DNA of 64,000 bases from an uncultured candidate division Zixibacteria bacterium (GTDB taxonomy: Bacteria > Zixibacteria > MSB-5A5 > GN15 > FEB-12), in assembly GCA_963735035.1 (NCBI GenBank), contig CAVTJJ010000004.1, positions 128,001 to 192,000 of the forward strand. The letters are read 5' to 3'. Position numbers and translations under genes: made by a program. Every line of letters starts with the position of its first letter. Position 1 is the first letter of the stretch. Shown here one piece after another: positions 50,973 to 61,500 of the stretch. The notes below the pieces were generated by a model. That model saw only the letters and a program-made list of their open reading frames with translations, had not been told where the DNA came from and searched no databases.

Positions 50973-52415
50973 ATGCGAAGGATAGGCGTCATCCTGATCC
51001 TGCTGGCGACGGTTACGTCGGCTGCGGGCAACGAATATCGCTATTCGTTTGGTCTCGGCGGCGGTATGGCGTCGATGTCCGGCGGTAATTTTTTCAGTTT
51101 TGGGACAGCCAATTCGATCAATTTCTCGCTCGGCCATCGCATTTCGCCGAGCTGGCAGCTCGATATCGAGTACGCCGCGTTCAAGTTTTCCAACGGCACG
51201 GGCGGAACGGCAACTGATTCGGTCGGCTCTCTCTACAACAACAGCCCGCTGGATTTCAAGGCCACACGCCTGGGACTTCGGGCGGATCGGAAACTATTCG
51301 CGCCGGAACGATTCCTGAATTTGACTGTGGGCCTGGGCGGCGGTCTGCTGATCTGGAAGGCAGTGAATCCGGATTCCAACATTACCTACAAAGTGCGCGG
51401 CGACAAGAACGAAACGACCGATTTTTCCGCAAGCGAGTTGTATCTTACCGGAGCCGCCGGAATTCTGGTACTACCGTCGCCCCGCATATCGATACAAGTT
51501 CTGGGGCAGGTAAACTATCTCACCGGAGCCGGAGCCGAATTCGCATCCGACGTGAGTAAGATCAGAGACAAGCTCGTATTGGGCGCGACCGCCAAGGTCT
51601 ATTTTCATTTTGGCGCTATGGGCAAGAGCGAGTGGAAGTCGGAGGAAGCCTGGAAAGCCCCGACCGAAAAACCGCCTGATCCGCGACAGCCACGGCGAGA
51701 TAGCGACGGTGACGGAGTCGACGATGTCGCCGATAGCTGTCTCAATACACCGCGCGGTGCCGAAGTCGACGCCAATGGATGCCCCATTGATTCTGACCGT
51801 GATGGTGTCCCGGACGGGCTCGATGACTGCCCGGCAACACCGTTTGAAGCCCGCGAGAAAGTTGACATCCACGGCTGTCCGGTCGATTCCGATTTCGACA
51901 ACGTCCCCGATTACGCCGATAGCTGCCCGTTTGGCTCGGCCGGCGCGCTGGTAGATGACAAGGGGTGTCCGATAGACTCCGACAAAGATGGTGTCCCGGA
52001 CGGACTCGACGACTGTCCGTTCTCACTGCCGGGCGTGGCGGTCGATCGACACGGTTGTATCGATCTGACCATGCTGTCAGTCCCGATGGTATTGAATATC
52101 GATTATTCGCCGGGGTCGTTCGAGGTTGATCCCCACAACCGAACCAGACTCGAAAAACTGGCCGGATTGCTCAATTACGTCGCTGATATCAGGCTGGATA
52201 TCAACGGTTACACCGACGATATAGGAACCGAGGCGGCCAACCGCGCTCTTTCGGAGAAACGGGCCAATCGGGTGAAGGGGATTCTCGTATCTCTGGGGGT
52301 GGACGCCGATCGTATCAAGGCCTTCGGAAAAGGGGAAGCCGACTTTGTGGCCTCGAATCAGACCTCCGAAGGACGGGCCCGGAACCGCCGGATTGAGATC
52401 GTCTTTTACAAATAG
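50973..52415 (+). CDS. OmpA-family outer membrane protein with TSP3 (DSDxDGVxD) repeats
   Basis: Beta-barrel N-terminus; repeated DSDxDGVPDxxDxCP; GYTDDIG..NRALSEKRA..GRARNRRIE. Confidence 0.9.
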   Translation: MRRIGVILILLATVTSAAGNEYRYSFGLGGGMASMSGGNFFSFGTANSINFSLGHRISPSWQLDIEYAAFKFSNGTGGTATDSVGSLYNNSPLDFKATRLGLRADRKLFAPERFLNLTVGLGGGLLIWKAVNPDSNITYKVRGDKNETTDFSASELYLTGAAGILVLPSPRISIQVLGQVNYLTGAGAEFASDVSKIRDKLVLGATAKVYFHFGAMGKSEWKSEEAWKAPTEKPPDPRQPRRDSDGDGVDDVADSCLNTPRGAEVDANGCPIDSDRDGVPDGLDDCPATPFEAREKVDIHGCPVDSDFDNVPDYADSCPFGSAGALVDDKGCPIDSDKDGVPDGLDDCPFSLPGVAVDRHGCIDLTMLSVPMVLNIDYSPGSFEVDPHNRTRLEKLAGLLNYVADIRLDINGYTDDIGTEAANRALSEKRANRVKGILVSLGVDADRIKAFGKGEADFVASNQTSEGRARNRRIEIVFYK

Positions 52416-52433
52416 TTGAGATAGACTGAACGC

Positions 52434-52988
52434 ATGAGTTACAACTACACCAGCGGCGAGCTTGGCCAGACCACGCGACGGAAATACGCCGTGGTAATCT
52501 ATCTGCCGCAACGCATCGAGCGGTATGTGGCGTCGCTGCGAGAGCGTTTTGACCCGGACTACGATATTGTCGCCGCTCATATCACGCTGGTCTTTCCCTG
52601 GGAGACCGCCACACCGCTGGCCGAGCTTTCGGCGATAATTGCCGAGCAGGCGCGCAAGTGCCCGCCGGTGAAAGTGGAGCTTGATTCGGTTGGTGATTTC
52701 TATCCCGGAACGCCGATTATCTACTGGGCGGTCGCAACCGCGGAACCACTTCGCTGTCTGTACCGCCATCTCTACGCCAACCTGGACCTGCCTTTACCAT
52801 TCAAGGATCTCATTCCGCACGTGACCGTGGCCAAGGAGATTTCGCCTCACCGAGTGATGATGGTGAAGGATCAGATTGCGTCGTATATGCCCAAGGAGAC
52901 GTTCGAAGTGCGGGCGATCGACCTGATTTCTCCAGTCGCGGACCACCATTGGGTCTCGGTTCGGACTTTCCCCCTCGTAGGAGCCTGA
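52434..52988 (+). CDS. 2H phosphoesterase (2'-5' RNA ligase-like, YjcG-like)
   Basis: Two HxT motifs: AHITLVFP and PHVTVAK. Confidence 0.85.
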   Translation: MSYNYTSGELGQTTRRKYAVVIYLPQRIERYVASLRERFDPDYDIVAAHITLVFPWETATPLAELSAIIAEQARKCPPVKVELDSVGDFYPGTPIIYWAVATAEPLRCLYRHLYANLDLPLPFKDLIPHVTVAKEISPHRVMMVKDQIASYMPKETFEVRAIDLISPVADHHWVSVRTFPLVGA

Positions 52989-53155
52989 GCGACCGGATCC
53001 CCGATCGATCCTGCTGTGGTGGTACTTTTCTGTCCGCCAACGGCTTCCCCGCCTGGGCTCGCTTGGAAATGGCGTTAAACGTTTGAACCAGGTTATCGCT
53101 CTTAATAATAGCTTGCCATTTGCCCCCGAAATGGGTAGACTTAGAGTGCCCTGTT

Positions 53156-54376
53156 ATGAGGATTCTAATTGTCACACAACACTTTCCGCCGGAGCGTGGG
53201 GCGGTCAGACGGCTTTATGAATTTGCGCGGTATTTTGTCCGCCAAGGCAATGAAGTTTCCGTTCTGACGGCAATTCCCAACTATCCGGACGGAATAGTAC
53301 CGCCTAAATACCGCGGCAAGTTCTTCTATCGTGAAGAGTTGGACGGTGTCAAAGTGTATCGAAGCTGGGTGCTTCCCGCCTCAAATCAGTACCCCGGTCG
53401 ACGGATGGTCGGGTTCGTGATTTTCCTCATAACCAGCCTGATCAACTCGTTTCGTATCAATTCGAAGTTCGATATCGTGCTGGCTTCCACACCACCGGTA
53501 AATACGCCGGTGATCGGCTGGCTCATCAGCAAGTTCCGTCGGGCCAAGTTCGTGATTGAGATTCGGGATCTTCAGCCGGAGTCGAGTGAGGATTTCGGAA
53601 ATCTGAATAAGTCGCTGTTCACCCGCTTGTTGAAGAAACTGATGCACGGCCTGTACCGTCGCGCCGACAAGATCGTCGCCGCTACAGACGGTATTGCTGA
53701 ATATATCCGGTTTCTGGGAGTTCCAAGCGAAAAGGTAGCTACGATCAAGTCCGGATTCGGGCATGAGTTCGCTACAGCCGGTCACAATGGCATTCGAAAG
53801 AAGTTTGGCTGGGAAGAGAAATTCCTGGTTCTGTACTCCGGTACTCTCGGTTGGGCGCATTCACTTGAGACTTTGATTGAAGCGGCCCGGCAGTTGACCG
53901 ACCAGCCCGATGTCCTATTCGTCTTTGTCGGCGATGGCGAGAAGCGGGCGACTCTCGAAGGCATGGTGCGCGACTACGGTCTTCGCAATGTTGCCTTCAC
54001 CGGCGCGCAGCCGCTTGAGACTATTCCCTATTTCCTGAAGACATCCGACGTTCTTGTGGAAAGCCTCAGAGAAGTCCCGATTACACAGGGGACTTTCCCG
54101 GCGAAGTTGTTCGAGTACATGGCATCCGGGCGGCCGATTCTTTTCGGAGCGCGTGACGGCGAGGCTATCCGCGAGCTTACTGCTGCCGGCGGGGTGTTGT
54201 CTTTTGCCAGCGATGATGTTGATAAGCTCTGTGATCTGATTCTACAGATTAAGAACAAGACTATCGATGGCGATGCGCTGGGCCTTAGATATCATCAGCA
54301 CGCCGAGCGGTTCCACCGTCGCGAACGCTGGGCCGGCGAGTATCTTTCGTTCCTGACCGCCAAGAAATCCGAATAG
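53156..54376 (+). CDS. Glycosyltransferase family 4 (WbuB-like)
   Basis: MRILIVTQHFPPE, PNYPDG, YSGTLG, PAKLFEYMASGRP. Confidence 0.9.
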   Translation: MRILIVTQHFPPERGAVRRLYEFARYFVRQGNEVSVLTAIPNYPDGIVPPKYRGKFFYREELDGVKVYRSWVLPASNQYPGRRMVGFVIFLITSLINSFRINSKFDIVLASTPPVNTPVIGWLISKFRRAKFVIEIRDLQPESSEDFGNLNKSLFTRLLKKLMHGLYRRADKIVAATDGIAEYIRFLGVPSEKVATIKSGFGHEFATAGHNGIRKKFGWEEKFLVLYSGTLGWAHSLETLIEAARQLTDQPDVLFVFVGDGEKRATLEGMVRDYGLRNVAFTGAQPLETIPYFLKTSDVLVESLREVPITQGTFPAKLFEYMASGRPILFGARDGEAIRELTAAGGVLSFASDDVDKLCDLILQIKNKTIDGDALGLRYHQHAERFHRRERWAGEYLSFLTAKKSE

Positions 54377-54518
54377 CCTTTCGCTATCTCGATCTGCTGT
54401 ACCGACAACAAGTTATAGCAATCATTCGGGCTCCTTCAATTTGGTTGAATTCTGTCCGGGAATGATCCGATAATAGTGTACAGAAGCCGCCACTATATTC
54501 GGTGAAAGGAATTCCCTT

Positions 54519-55337
54519 ATGAAGTCCCAATCTCGCCATTTCGGACTCAGCGCAATCCTGATGCTTTCCGCTTTGCTGGCAATTCAGTGCGGTGACGACA
54601 AAACTACTAATAATAATCACAGCGTGCCTGTCCCCCATGATACATCAATTGTCCTGGTAGCTAATCACGCCGACGCCGATAATTTTGCGACGCTTCCCGA
54701 CAGCGTGTTTGCCCGGATACGGTCGTCATACAATTTCTATTATGGACATACCTCTCACGGCAGCCAGATCATCACCGGCATCGCGATGCTGGCGAGCGAA
54801 GATTCAGTCTATAATTCCCCGACCTTCTATGAATACGGTGACGACCTCGGCACCGCCGGGGACACTACCTGGGTTCCGCCGACACGCGTCTATCTCAATG
54901 CTCATCCCGAGTGCAACGTGGTCATGTGGTCATGGTGCGGCGGCTGTTCGGGAAATTCAGAGGAAGGCATCAATGCGTATCTTCAGGCGATGTCAGGACT
55001 CGAGACTGCCTATCCGGCCGTGACGTTCATATATATGACAGGTCACCTTGACGGGACCGGCCCGAGCGGCAGCCTGTATCGAAGCAACAACCAGATACGC
55101 GAGTTCTGTCAGACGAACGGAAAAGTCCTGTTCGATTTTGCAGACATCGAAAGCTACTCGCCCGACGGCACTTACTATCCCGACGAGACCGATGCCTGTG
55201 CCTGGTGCGCCGACTGGTGTTCATCGCATACCTGCACAAGCTGTGGTGGCTGCGCCCATTCGCATTGCTTCAACTGCTATCGCAAAGGTCAAGCGTTCTG
55301 GTCGCTAATGGCTGAGCTGTACGCCCGCGACCACTGA
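54519..55337 (+). CDS. Hypothetical lipoprotein with Cys-rich C-terminus
   Basis: Lipobox-like AIQC; YGHTSHGSQI, MWSWCG, LFDFADIESY; CAWCADWC..CTSCGGCAHSHCFNC. Confidence 0.7.
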   Translation: MKSQSRHFGLSAILMLSALLAIQCGDDKTTNNNHSVPVPHDTSIVLVANHADADNFATLPDSVFARIRSSYNFYYGHTSHGSQIITGIAMLASEDSVYNSPTFYEYGDDLGTAGDTTWVPPTRVYLNAHPECNVVMWSWCGGCSGNSEEGINAYLQAMSGLETAYPAVTFIYMTGHLDGTGPSGSLYRSNNQIREFCQTNGKVLFDFADIESYSPDGTYYPDETDACAWCADWCSSHTCTSCGGCAHSHCFNCYRKGQAFWSLMAELYARDH

Positions 55338-55487
55338 GGGCCGTGGAGTCAGCGGACAAGTAGTCACAACAATTCCCGCCCGGCGTCGATTTTCCACTGA
55401 ACTTTAGGCCCTGGTTTGCGTCTTAACGTGGGTAAGCATATATTTGCTCTACTTTTCTGATTATTAACCAAAGAGAAGGATTTGGTA

Positions 55488-56201
55488 ATGCTGAAGTTTC
55501 GTATGTTTTTGTTCGTGGCTGTTGTGATAGGGGTTGTTTTGGCGGGCACGGTCATGGCGGCCGGTGGAGGGATTGGTATGGGTGGCGTTCATTTCCAGGC
55601 AAGTTTTCCTCAAGGAGATTTCAAGGACAACGTTGATAAGAACGCCTATGGGTTTAATGCTGAATTCATCTATTCCCCAAAGAAGAGCCCGCTGGGCATA
55701 GGCCTGTCGTTCGGCTACGGTATCTATGGTTCGGAAAGCAGGCGCGAGCCGTTCTCGAACACGATTCCCGATGTCACCGTCAAAGTCACCACGACCAACA
55801 ATATCTTGCTCGGGCACCTGGTACTGCGGGTCTTGCCGAAGAGTGGGGATCTGCGGCCTTATGCCGACGGACTCGTGGGCTTCAATTATCTGTTTACCGA
55901 GACCAAAGTATCCGACCGGAGCGACGGCGATGAAGTGGCCAGTTCGACCAATATCGACGACGGCGTCTTCAGCTATGGTGTTGGCGGCGGCCTCCTGGTC
56001 CATCTGGGCACGTCAGGCAAGGACGGTGGCTCAATCATTCTCTGGGATCTTGATCTTGGCGCCCGCTACTTGTTGGGTGGCGAAGCCCAGTACTTGAAAG
56101 AGGGCTCGATCACAATCGACGGGAGCAACGTTAGTTACGATTTCATCAGGTCCAAGACCAATTTGCTTACCGCCCGTATGGGTGTGACCGTGTCATTCTA
56201 A
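55488..56201 (+). CDS. Outer membrane beta-barrel protein
   Basis: Signal peptide, amphipathic beta strands (LRPYADGLVGFNY), terminal Phe (GVTVSF). Confidence 0.75.
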   Translation: MLKFRMFLFVAVVIGVVLAGTVMAAGGGIGMGGVHFQASFPQGDFKDNVDKNAYGFNAEFIYSPKKSPLGIGLSFGYGIYGSESRREPFSNTIPDVTVKVTTTNNILLGHLVLRVLPKSGDLRPYADGLVGFNYLFTETKVSDRSDGDEVASSTNIDDGVFSYGVGGGLLVHLGTSGKDGGSIILWDLDLGARYLLGGEAQYLKEGSITIDGSNVSYDFIRSKTNLLTARMGVTVSF

Positions 56202-56276
56202 GCAACCCGATTTGGCAAATTACTGCGGCGGTGTCAGGAATCTCCACCTGATGCCGCCCCCGTTCTTGAGATTCAA

Positions 56277-56383
56277 GTGCCCGGCAGATGCCCACATCTG
56301 CCGGCTCGTATTGATGCCGCCGAATTGAGATTGCCGCGCTACGATGACCCGCCTTACGTCGGGTCGTCCCCGCCCGCAGTGAC
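56277..56383. repeat. Inverted copy of composite palindromic element 4014-4122
   Basis: The reverse complement matches the GTCA(T/C)TGCG..GCAATCTC arm, the spacer GCATCAATACGAG and the family A hairpin. Confidence 0.85.
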
Positions 56384-56585
56384 GAGGGGAAAGACTTTCT
56401 TCAATATTCACCTCAGGCGGGGTCTTTACTTTCCCTCTGGCGGACTTTCGAAAATCGCTTATATTACCCTTGTTCACCGGACGTGACCGGTGATATCGCG
56501 ACGAGTTCGCACCCCGACTCCCAACAGAATATCACGTGCGCCACGTCGGTGCGCCTGGAAGAAGAAGACCCTTAGGAGGTTTGCC

Positions 56586-56927
56586 ATGCAGACGTTTGTG
56601 CTCATGACTCGAATGGCTCACCAGGACGCCGACATCATGGAAGTCGCCACGAAGCTCAAAAACCGCGCCCAGCACCAGAGCGAATGGCTTCAGAAGATCC
56701 GCGACCATTGCCCGTCGGTGCATTGGGTCGCCCACTACGCGCTTCTAGGTCAGTGGGATTTCATGGACATCTACGAGGCGCCGAACGAAGAAGCGGCGGC
56801 GGTGGTGTCGCTTCTGAGCCGCTCCGACGGCGCGCATCAAGTAGAGAGCTGGACGGCGATTCCGGATGCTCGCCTGATGGAGATCGCCGAGGCGCTCGAA
56901 AAGGGCTGCCCGGACGCCAAGCACTGA
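56586..56927 (+). CDS. GYD domain protein
   Basis: AGGAGG RBS; LLGQWDFMDIYEAPNEEAA. Confidence 0.8.
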   Translation: MQTFVLMTRMAHQDADIMEVATKLKNRAQHQSEWLQKIRDHCPSVHWVAHYALLGQWDFMDIYEAPNEEAAAVVSLLSRSDGAHQVESWTAIPDARLMEIAEALEKGCPDAKH

Positions 56928-57250
56928 GGCGAAGTGAGCGGCACACCCCATGGGTGGGATTTCGTACTGGTGGCCCATTTGGTCGCGGGTGGGGTTCATA
57001 GTATCCCCGGTCTGACCGGCGGATGACAAAGTCACGGCATCGATTGCCGCAAAGAGTGTAATTGTGTACCCGTTCAGTCTATTATATCTTATCTCACATG
57101 AACTTACCGGGCGTTGTGCGTCCCGGGACGATTCCGTTATTCGCAAAGACACCCGAAAAGTTCGGCATCCAGGAACCTCGCTTCTCCGTCGCTGGTTTTA
57201 TGTAGATGAAATCGTAATTACAACTGGTTCTCATACGAAAGGACGAGGTC

Positions 57251-57607
57251 ATGTCTAACCCAATCGTACACTGGGAAATCGGTGCGAGCGACGATTCCAA
57301 GGCGCACAAGTTCTACCAGAACGTTTTCGGGTGGAAGATCGACGCCAAGAATCCGATGAACTACGGCATGGTCGACACCGGCGGTCAGGGGATTAACGGC
57401 GGCATTTTCAAGAACCCGCAGGGAGTCCCCTATTTGACAGTCTATGTTATGGTGGACGATCTGAATGCGTATCTGAAGAAAGTCGAGAAGGCGGGCGGGC
57501 AGACAGCGATGCCGCCGATGGACATTCCGGGCGTGGGCCAGTCGGCGTTCTTCAAGGACCCCGACGGTCTGGTAGTTGGTCTCTTCAAACCGCTCCCGGG
57601 AATGTAG
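57251..57607 (+). CDS. VOC/glyoxalase family protein
   Basis: IVHWEI, FYQNVFGW, GINGGI, YVMVDDL, FFKDPDG. Confidence 0.9.
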   Translation: MSNPIVHWEIGASDDSKAHKFYQNVFGWKIDAKNPMNYGMVDTGGQGINGGIFKNPQGVPYLTVYVMVDDLNAYLKKVEKAGGQTAMPPMDIPGVGQSAFFKDPDGLVVGLFKPLPGM

Positions 57608-57638
57608 GACTTCTTCGGGTACGGAGTACGCGGATAAC

Positions 57639-57666
57639 GTGCCCGGCAGATGCCCACATCTGCCGG
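57639..57666. repeat. REP-like palindrome family A
   Basis: GTGCCCGGCAGATGCCCACATCTGCCGG. Confidence 0.85.
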
Positions 57667-57900
57667 GTTTCTTCATGAAGCCTGTTGCGTCAGAGCCTGC
57701 CCTCGACTTGATCGGGGGCTTGCGACCCGCCTTGCGGGGCGTGTGACCTGACGTGAATCTTGATCTGCCAATTTGGAACATCAAGTTGGTAACTGAGAGC
57801 CGATAAGAACCGTAGGGCAGGTCCGTCTTCGAACCTGCCACGGCGGTTTCCGCCGTTCAGGTAGTGACGGGTTAGAAGCGGACCAACTTTCGAGACAGAT

Positions 57901-59376
57901 TCAGTTCGCCAAGTCTTTCCGGATCAGGTTTTCGTCAATAGACATTACATAGTATATGCCGTTGATGTTGGAAATCGTATCCCTGATAAACTCGCGCAGC
58001 TGCTCCGGAGTTGGCTTGCTCCCCTTGAGATCGGACACTTCTCTCTGAAGGGCCAGTATGAGAGATTCCTGAGGCGTGCGATAGAGGGCAATTCCCCCGA
58101 AAACATTCCAATGGCGACTCTTGTCGGAACCGTCCTCCATGTTACCTGGCAGCAGGAAGTTTTCGAGCGCGACCGATGACGGCAGAATATTGCGTGGTAT
58201 ACTCTTAACCCAGGCAAAGGGAATCCGAAGAGCCTCATCAAGCATACCCACCGCTGCCTTCTTGCTGCCGTTACAAATCTGCAGTGCTTCCCTAAACAGT
58301 AGGATCATGGGCAGGTTGTGGTTGTCGAGCACGAGATCACTGTGTTTGCGGCTTGTCATGGATACGGCCCTGAGGTAGCGCCGGTCATACTGAGCAAAGA
58401 GAAGCAGCTTCAGAAAGTCGTCCTTCTTTGACTGGCTCTTGTATTTCTGCCATTCTATGCGGTCGACGTAGTTGTCGATTTTGAACAAATCCCTCGGAGA
58501 CGGGAGGGTGTCTAGTCTGACGTCGACTCTCAAATCGGCATGAAGCAAACGTTCCATCGCGCGCAAGATTGAATCGGATGGAAGCGTACCGGCTTCATAG
58601 GCCTGGAATTCGGGCGAAGTGAGCAAATCCCTCAAGTGGTCGCGAAAATACAACGACTTCCTTACGAACTCACTCTGAGCACCGTATCGAAGAGTCTCGG
58701 CATCTTCGACCAGACCGATCAGATTCAGCAGCAGAACGTAGTACTCTTTCTGAGCGAAGAGTTGATTGCAGTTCTGAATGTGCTGGTTTGCGTAGCTCCG
58801 TTCTACTGAGTCGAGTTCTGCCTCTCGCTTTCGGTAGGCCGAAGTGAATCGCATCCCCTCGCTATATACTTCCCATAGTAGGCGGTGTTCGTAGTCTGAA
58901 GAACCGGTGTTGGGATTGAAATTCTCTATAAAATCAAAAGGGGAATCTTGAGATAGGCCATTCTTCAGCACGAAGACCGGGCTTTGGACATATTCGTACT
59001 CCGGCAAGTACTTGAACAACTCTCTCGGTCGAGGAAAGGCTACATGTTCGGAGATTGCGGATTCCTGGGCGGCGTACGGATCGGAACATGAGTATAGACG
59101 GCTCAAGAACGATGTATCTTCGGCGTCAATCATTTGATTGCGGTTGACATCGATTCGCACGAGGGTCAGGTTGTCCGAATTGAATGGATCCTGCAGAATC
59201 CGGCCTAGCACAACGCTGTCGGATTTGTTCCAGGCGTTGTCGCCATTCAGATCGCCGAGCATAATCAATTGCGATCTCAGGTCGATTCGCTCCACAGGAA
59301 GAGTACGATAGATTTCGACAGCTACTAAAGCCAGAAGACACACAACAATGAGGCTGTACTTCAAGGGCTGTTTCAT
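57901..59376 (-). CDS. Hypothetical membrane-anchored protein with an N-terminal dockerin/EF-hand-like pair
   Basis: TM helix followed by LGDLNGDNAWNKSD...IDVNRNQMIDAEDTSFL. Confidence 0.65.
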   Translation of the reverse strand: MKQPLKYSLIVVCLLALVAVEIYRTLPVERIDLRSQLIMLGDLNGDNAWNKSDSVVLGRILQDPFNSDNLTLVRIDVNRNQMIDAEDTSFLSRLYSCSDPYAAQESAISEHVAFPRPRELFKYLPEYEYVQSPVFVLKNGLSQDSPFDFIENFNPNTGSSDYEHRLLWEVYSEGMRFTSAYRKREAELDSVERSYANQHIQNCNQLFAQKEYYVLLLNLIGLVEDAETLRYGAQSEFVRKSLYFRDHLRDLLTSPEFQAYEAGTLPSDSILRAMERLLHADLRVDVRLDTLPSPRDLFKIDNYVDRIEWQKYKSQSKKDDFLKLLLFAQYDRRYLRAVSMTSRKHSDLVLDNHNLPMILLFREALQICNGSKKAAVGMLDEALRIPFAWVKSIPRNILPSSVALENFLLPGNMEDGSDKSRHWNVFGGIALYRTPQESLILALQREVSDLKGSKPTPEQLREFIRDTISNINGIYYVMSIDENLIRKDLAN

Positions 59377-59603
59377 TGCCTGCCCGTTTCTAGATTAGGT
59401 TGGCCCACCTGCTTGCAGGTGGGTTTACATACTTGTCCTTTACGCCCCGCGAACTTGCTCGCCATGATGAAATTATATCTCAGCTCTTAGCTGTTGTCAA
59501 TCTCGGAGTGAATTGTCGAAACCCCGCCACCACGGGCAGGCGTCCGAAGCGGGCTGGTCTCGACCTGCGAGAGTTCTAGTCGACGGGTCGTGTGTATCGC
59601 TCG

Positions 59604-59678
59604 TCGGCAGATGTGGGCATCTGCCTGGCACGTTTCGAAGGTTCGCGCTATGTCGGGTTCGAAGCGGGCCCGACCTAC
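59604..59678. repeat. Family A palindrome followed by a GTAG-type REP (TGTCGGG...CCCGACCTAC)
   Basis: CGGCAGATGTGGGCATCTGCC at ~59605; TGTCGGGTTCGAAGCGGGCCCGACCTAC at 59651. Confidence 0.75.
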
Positions 59679-59717
59679 CAGACTGATAGACATTGTCGAG
59701 ACCACAATAGTCCCACC

Positions 59718-60896
59718 CTACAAGGCCTTCCGCGCTTCCGCCGCGCGCACCTGCTTCGTGACCAATTGCACACTTACGAGCGACATCAAAGCTATCACCG
59801 CCCCGGCCACAAACGGGATCCGATAATCCACCGCCCACAGAAGCCCACCCACCACCGGGAACACCACCGCGCCGACATGATTGATCGTGAACCCGACCGC
59901 CATGCTCGGTGCGACATCTTTCGGGTCACCGATCTTCTGGAAGAATGTCCGTATTGCCACGGCGAAATTGAAAAAGATGTGGTCCGCCATGTACAGCCCC
60001 GCCACCAACCATTTCGAATCCGCGAAGGCGTAACCCATGAAGATGAAAATCGACGTGAAATATTCGAGTGACAACACCCGGCGCTCGTCGAAACGAACAA
60101 TCGCCCAGCCTATCGCGGGACTCAGAAAGTAGTTCACCAGGTTGTTGATCATGAACAGGATCGTGACTTCCTGGACGTCGAACCCGAACTTCTTCACCAT
60201 CAGGAAGACCGAGAACGCCACAAAGATCTGCCGCCTCGACCCCGCCAGGAAAGTCAGCAGGTAGTAGAGCCAGTACTTCCGGCGGAAGATCATCTTGCTA
60301 TGCTGAACCGGGAGATCATCGCGGGTCGGTTTCTGCCATAGACCCCACACGCCTGAGAGCGCAATCACGCCGCCGAGCAGACCGTAGAGCCAGACATACG
60401 GCAGGAACGGCGTCAGTGCGAATATGATCAAGCCTACCGCGATATTCGCCCCGGCGCTGATACCGCGCAGTTTGCCCAGCACAATCGGTGACGTCTTCTG
60501 GTCGAAATACTGCAGGCTGAGCGACTGGTTAGTCGTTTCGAAATAGTGAAAACCGAGACTCATTACGAGGGTCGTGCCGATCAGGCCCATGTACGACGGA
60601 AACAGGCCGGTGATCGCCACTCCGACCCCGAGCGTGAAAACCGACAACGCTGAGATGCGATGCTCCTTCAGAAGCAACATCACGAGCACTACCAGCAGCG
60701 CCAGGAACCCGGGGATTTCACGCGCCGACTGAATCACCCCCATCTGATTGCCGTCGATCCCAACCACGTTGACCGAGAAGTTGTCGAATAGGGTGCGCCA
60801 GGCCTGCAGCCCCATGGTGGAGCTGATAGTCAGCACGAGGAGAAAGCGGTACATCGGGTCGCGGCTGAGGGATTTCGAATCGGACGAAGTGGTCAT
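59718..60896 (-). CDS. MFS transporter
   Basis: 392 aa, multiple TM helices, SAREIPGFL, RRQIFVAF, GFTINH. Confidence 0.85.
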   Translation of the reverse strand: MTTSSDSKSLSRDPMYRFLLVLTISSTMGLQAWRTLFDNFSVNVVGIDGNQMGVIQSAREIPGFLALLVVLVMLLLKEHRISALSVFTLGVGVAITGLFPSYMGLIGTTLVMSLGFHYFETTNQSLSLQYFDQKTSPIVLGKLRGISAGANIAVGLIIFALTPFLPYVWLYGLLGGVIALSGVWGLWQKPTRDDLPVQHSKMIFRRKYWLYYLLTFLAGSRRQIFVAFSVFLMVKKFGFDVQEVTILFMINNLVNYFLSPAIGWAIVRFDERRVLSLEYFTSIFIFMGYAFADSKWLVAGLYMADHIFFNFAVAIRTFFQKIGDPKDVAPSMAVGFTINHVGAVVFPVVGGLLWAVDYRIPFVAGAVIALMSLVSVQLVTKQVRAAEARKAL

Positions 60897-61216
60897 GGGC
60901 GGTGCATCAAAAAGGGAGTAGAGTAGTGCGTTCGCGCCGGAACGTCAAGGAAGGTCATTGGGGAATATAAGGGGCCGGGTCGCATCCTTGCGAGAAGCCC
61001 CACTGTCGTCCGGCTTCCTTAAGCGGACCCCGGCTTACGAGACAAGAAACGTGGGTGACAACATCTGTTGTATTTTAATGGGAGACAGAGGGGTATGTCA
61101 AGAGACAATTTGTTGTTTTCGGAATTGCAAATGTTAAAAAGAGTTATGGCTATTGATTCATGTCCCATGATTGGTACCCCACAGCTTGCCGTGGGGCGGG
61201 TGTTACTGCGTGCCTT

Positions 61217-61436
61217 GTAGGTCGGCGTTTCTGAGTCATGAGCGTCGCGAATGACGAGGAAACCCGACATTTCTCCGTGGGCGGCAGACCCCCGGTCTGC
61301 CCCAAGAAATGGGGCACACGAGGACCCCCGATCAAGTCGGGGGCAGGCAGTGTGCCGCCCACCATTCTCGGCAGTTGCTGGTAGAAAAAGTGTCGGGTTG
61401 CGCGCTCAACAAGTCAAAGCGCGTAGCCCGACCTAC
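61217..61436. repeat. Nested inverted REP pairs
   Basis: Outer pair GTAGGTCGG..CCCGACA / TGTCGGG..CCCGACCTAC; inner pair GTGGGCGGCA.. / ..TGCCGCCCAC. Confidence 0.75.
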
Positions 61437-61500
61437 GAGCCCAGACAGGATTTCCTTATCTGCACTCCCGAAACCATGGCCTGCTGCCCCCATCTATTTA

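Noticed and set aside
55190..55280. Cys/His cluster as a c-type heme-binding site
   Set aside because: None of the CxxC motifs is followed by His (no CxxCH).
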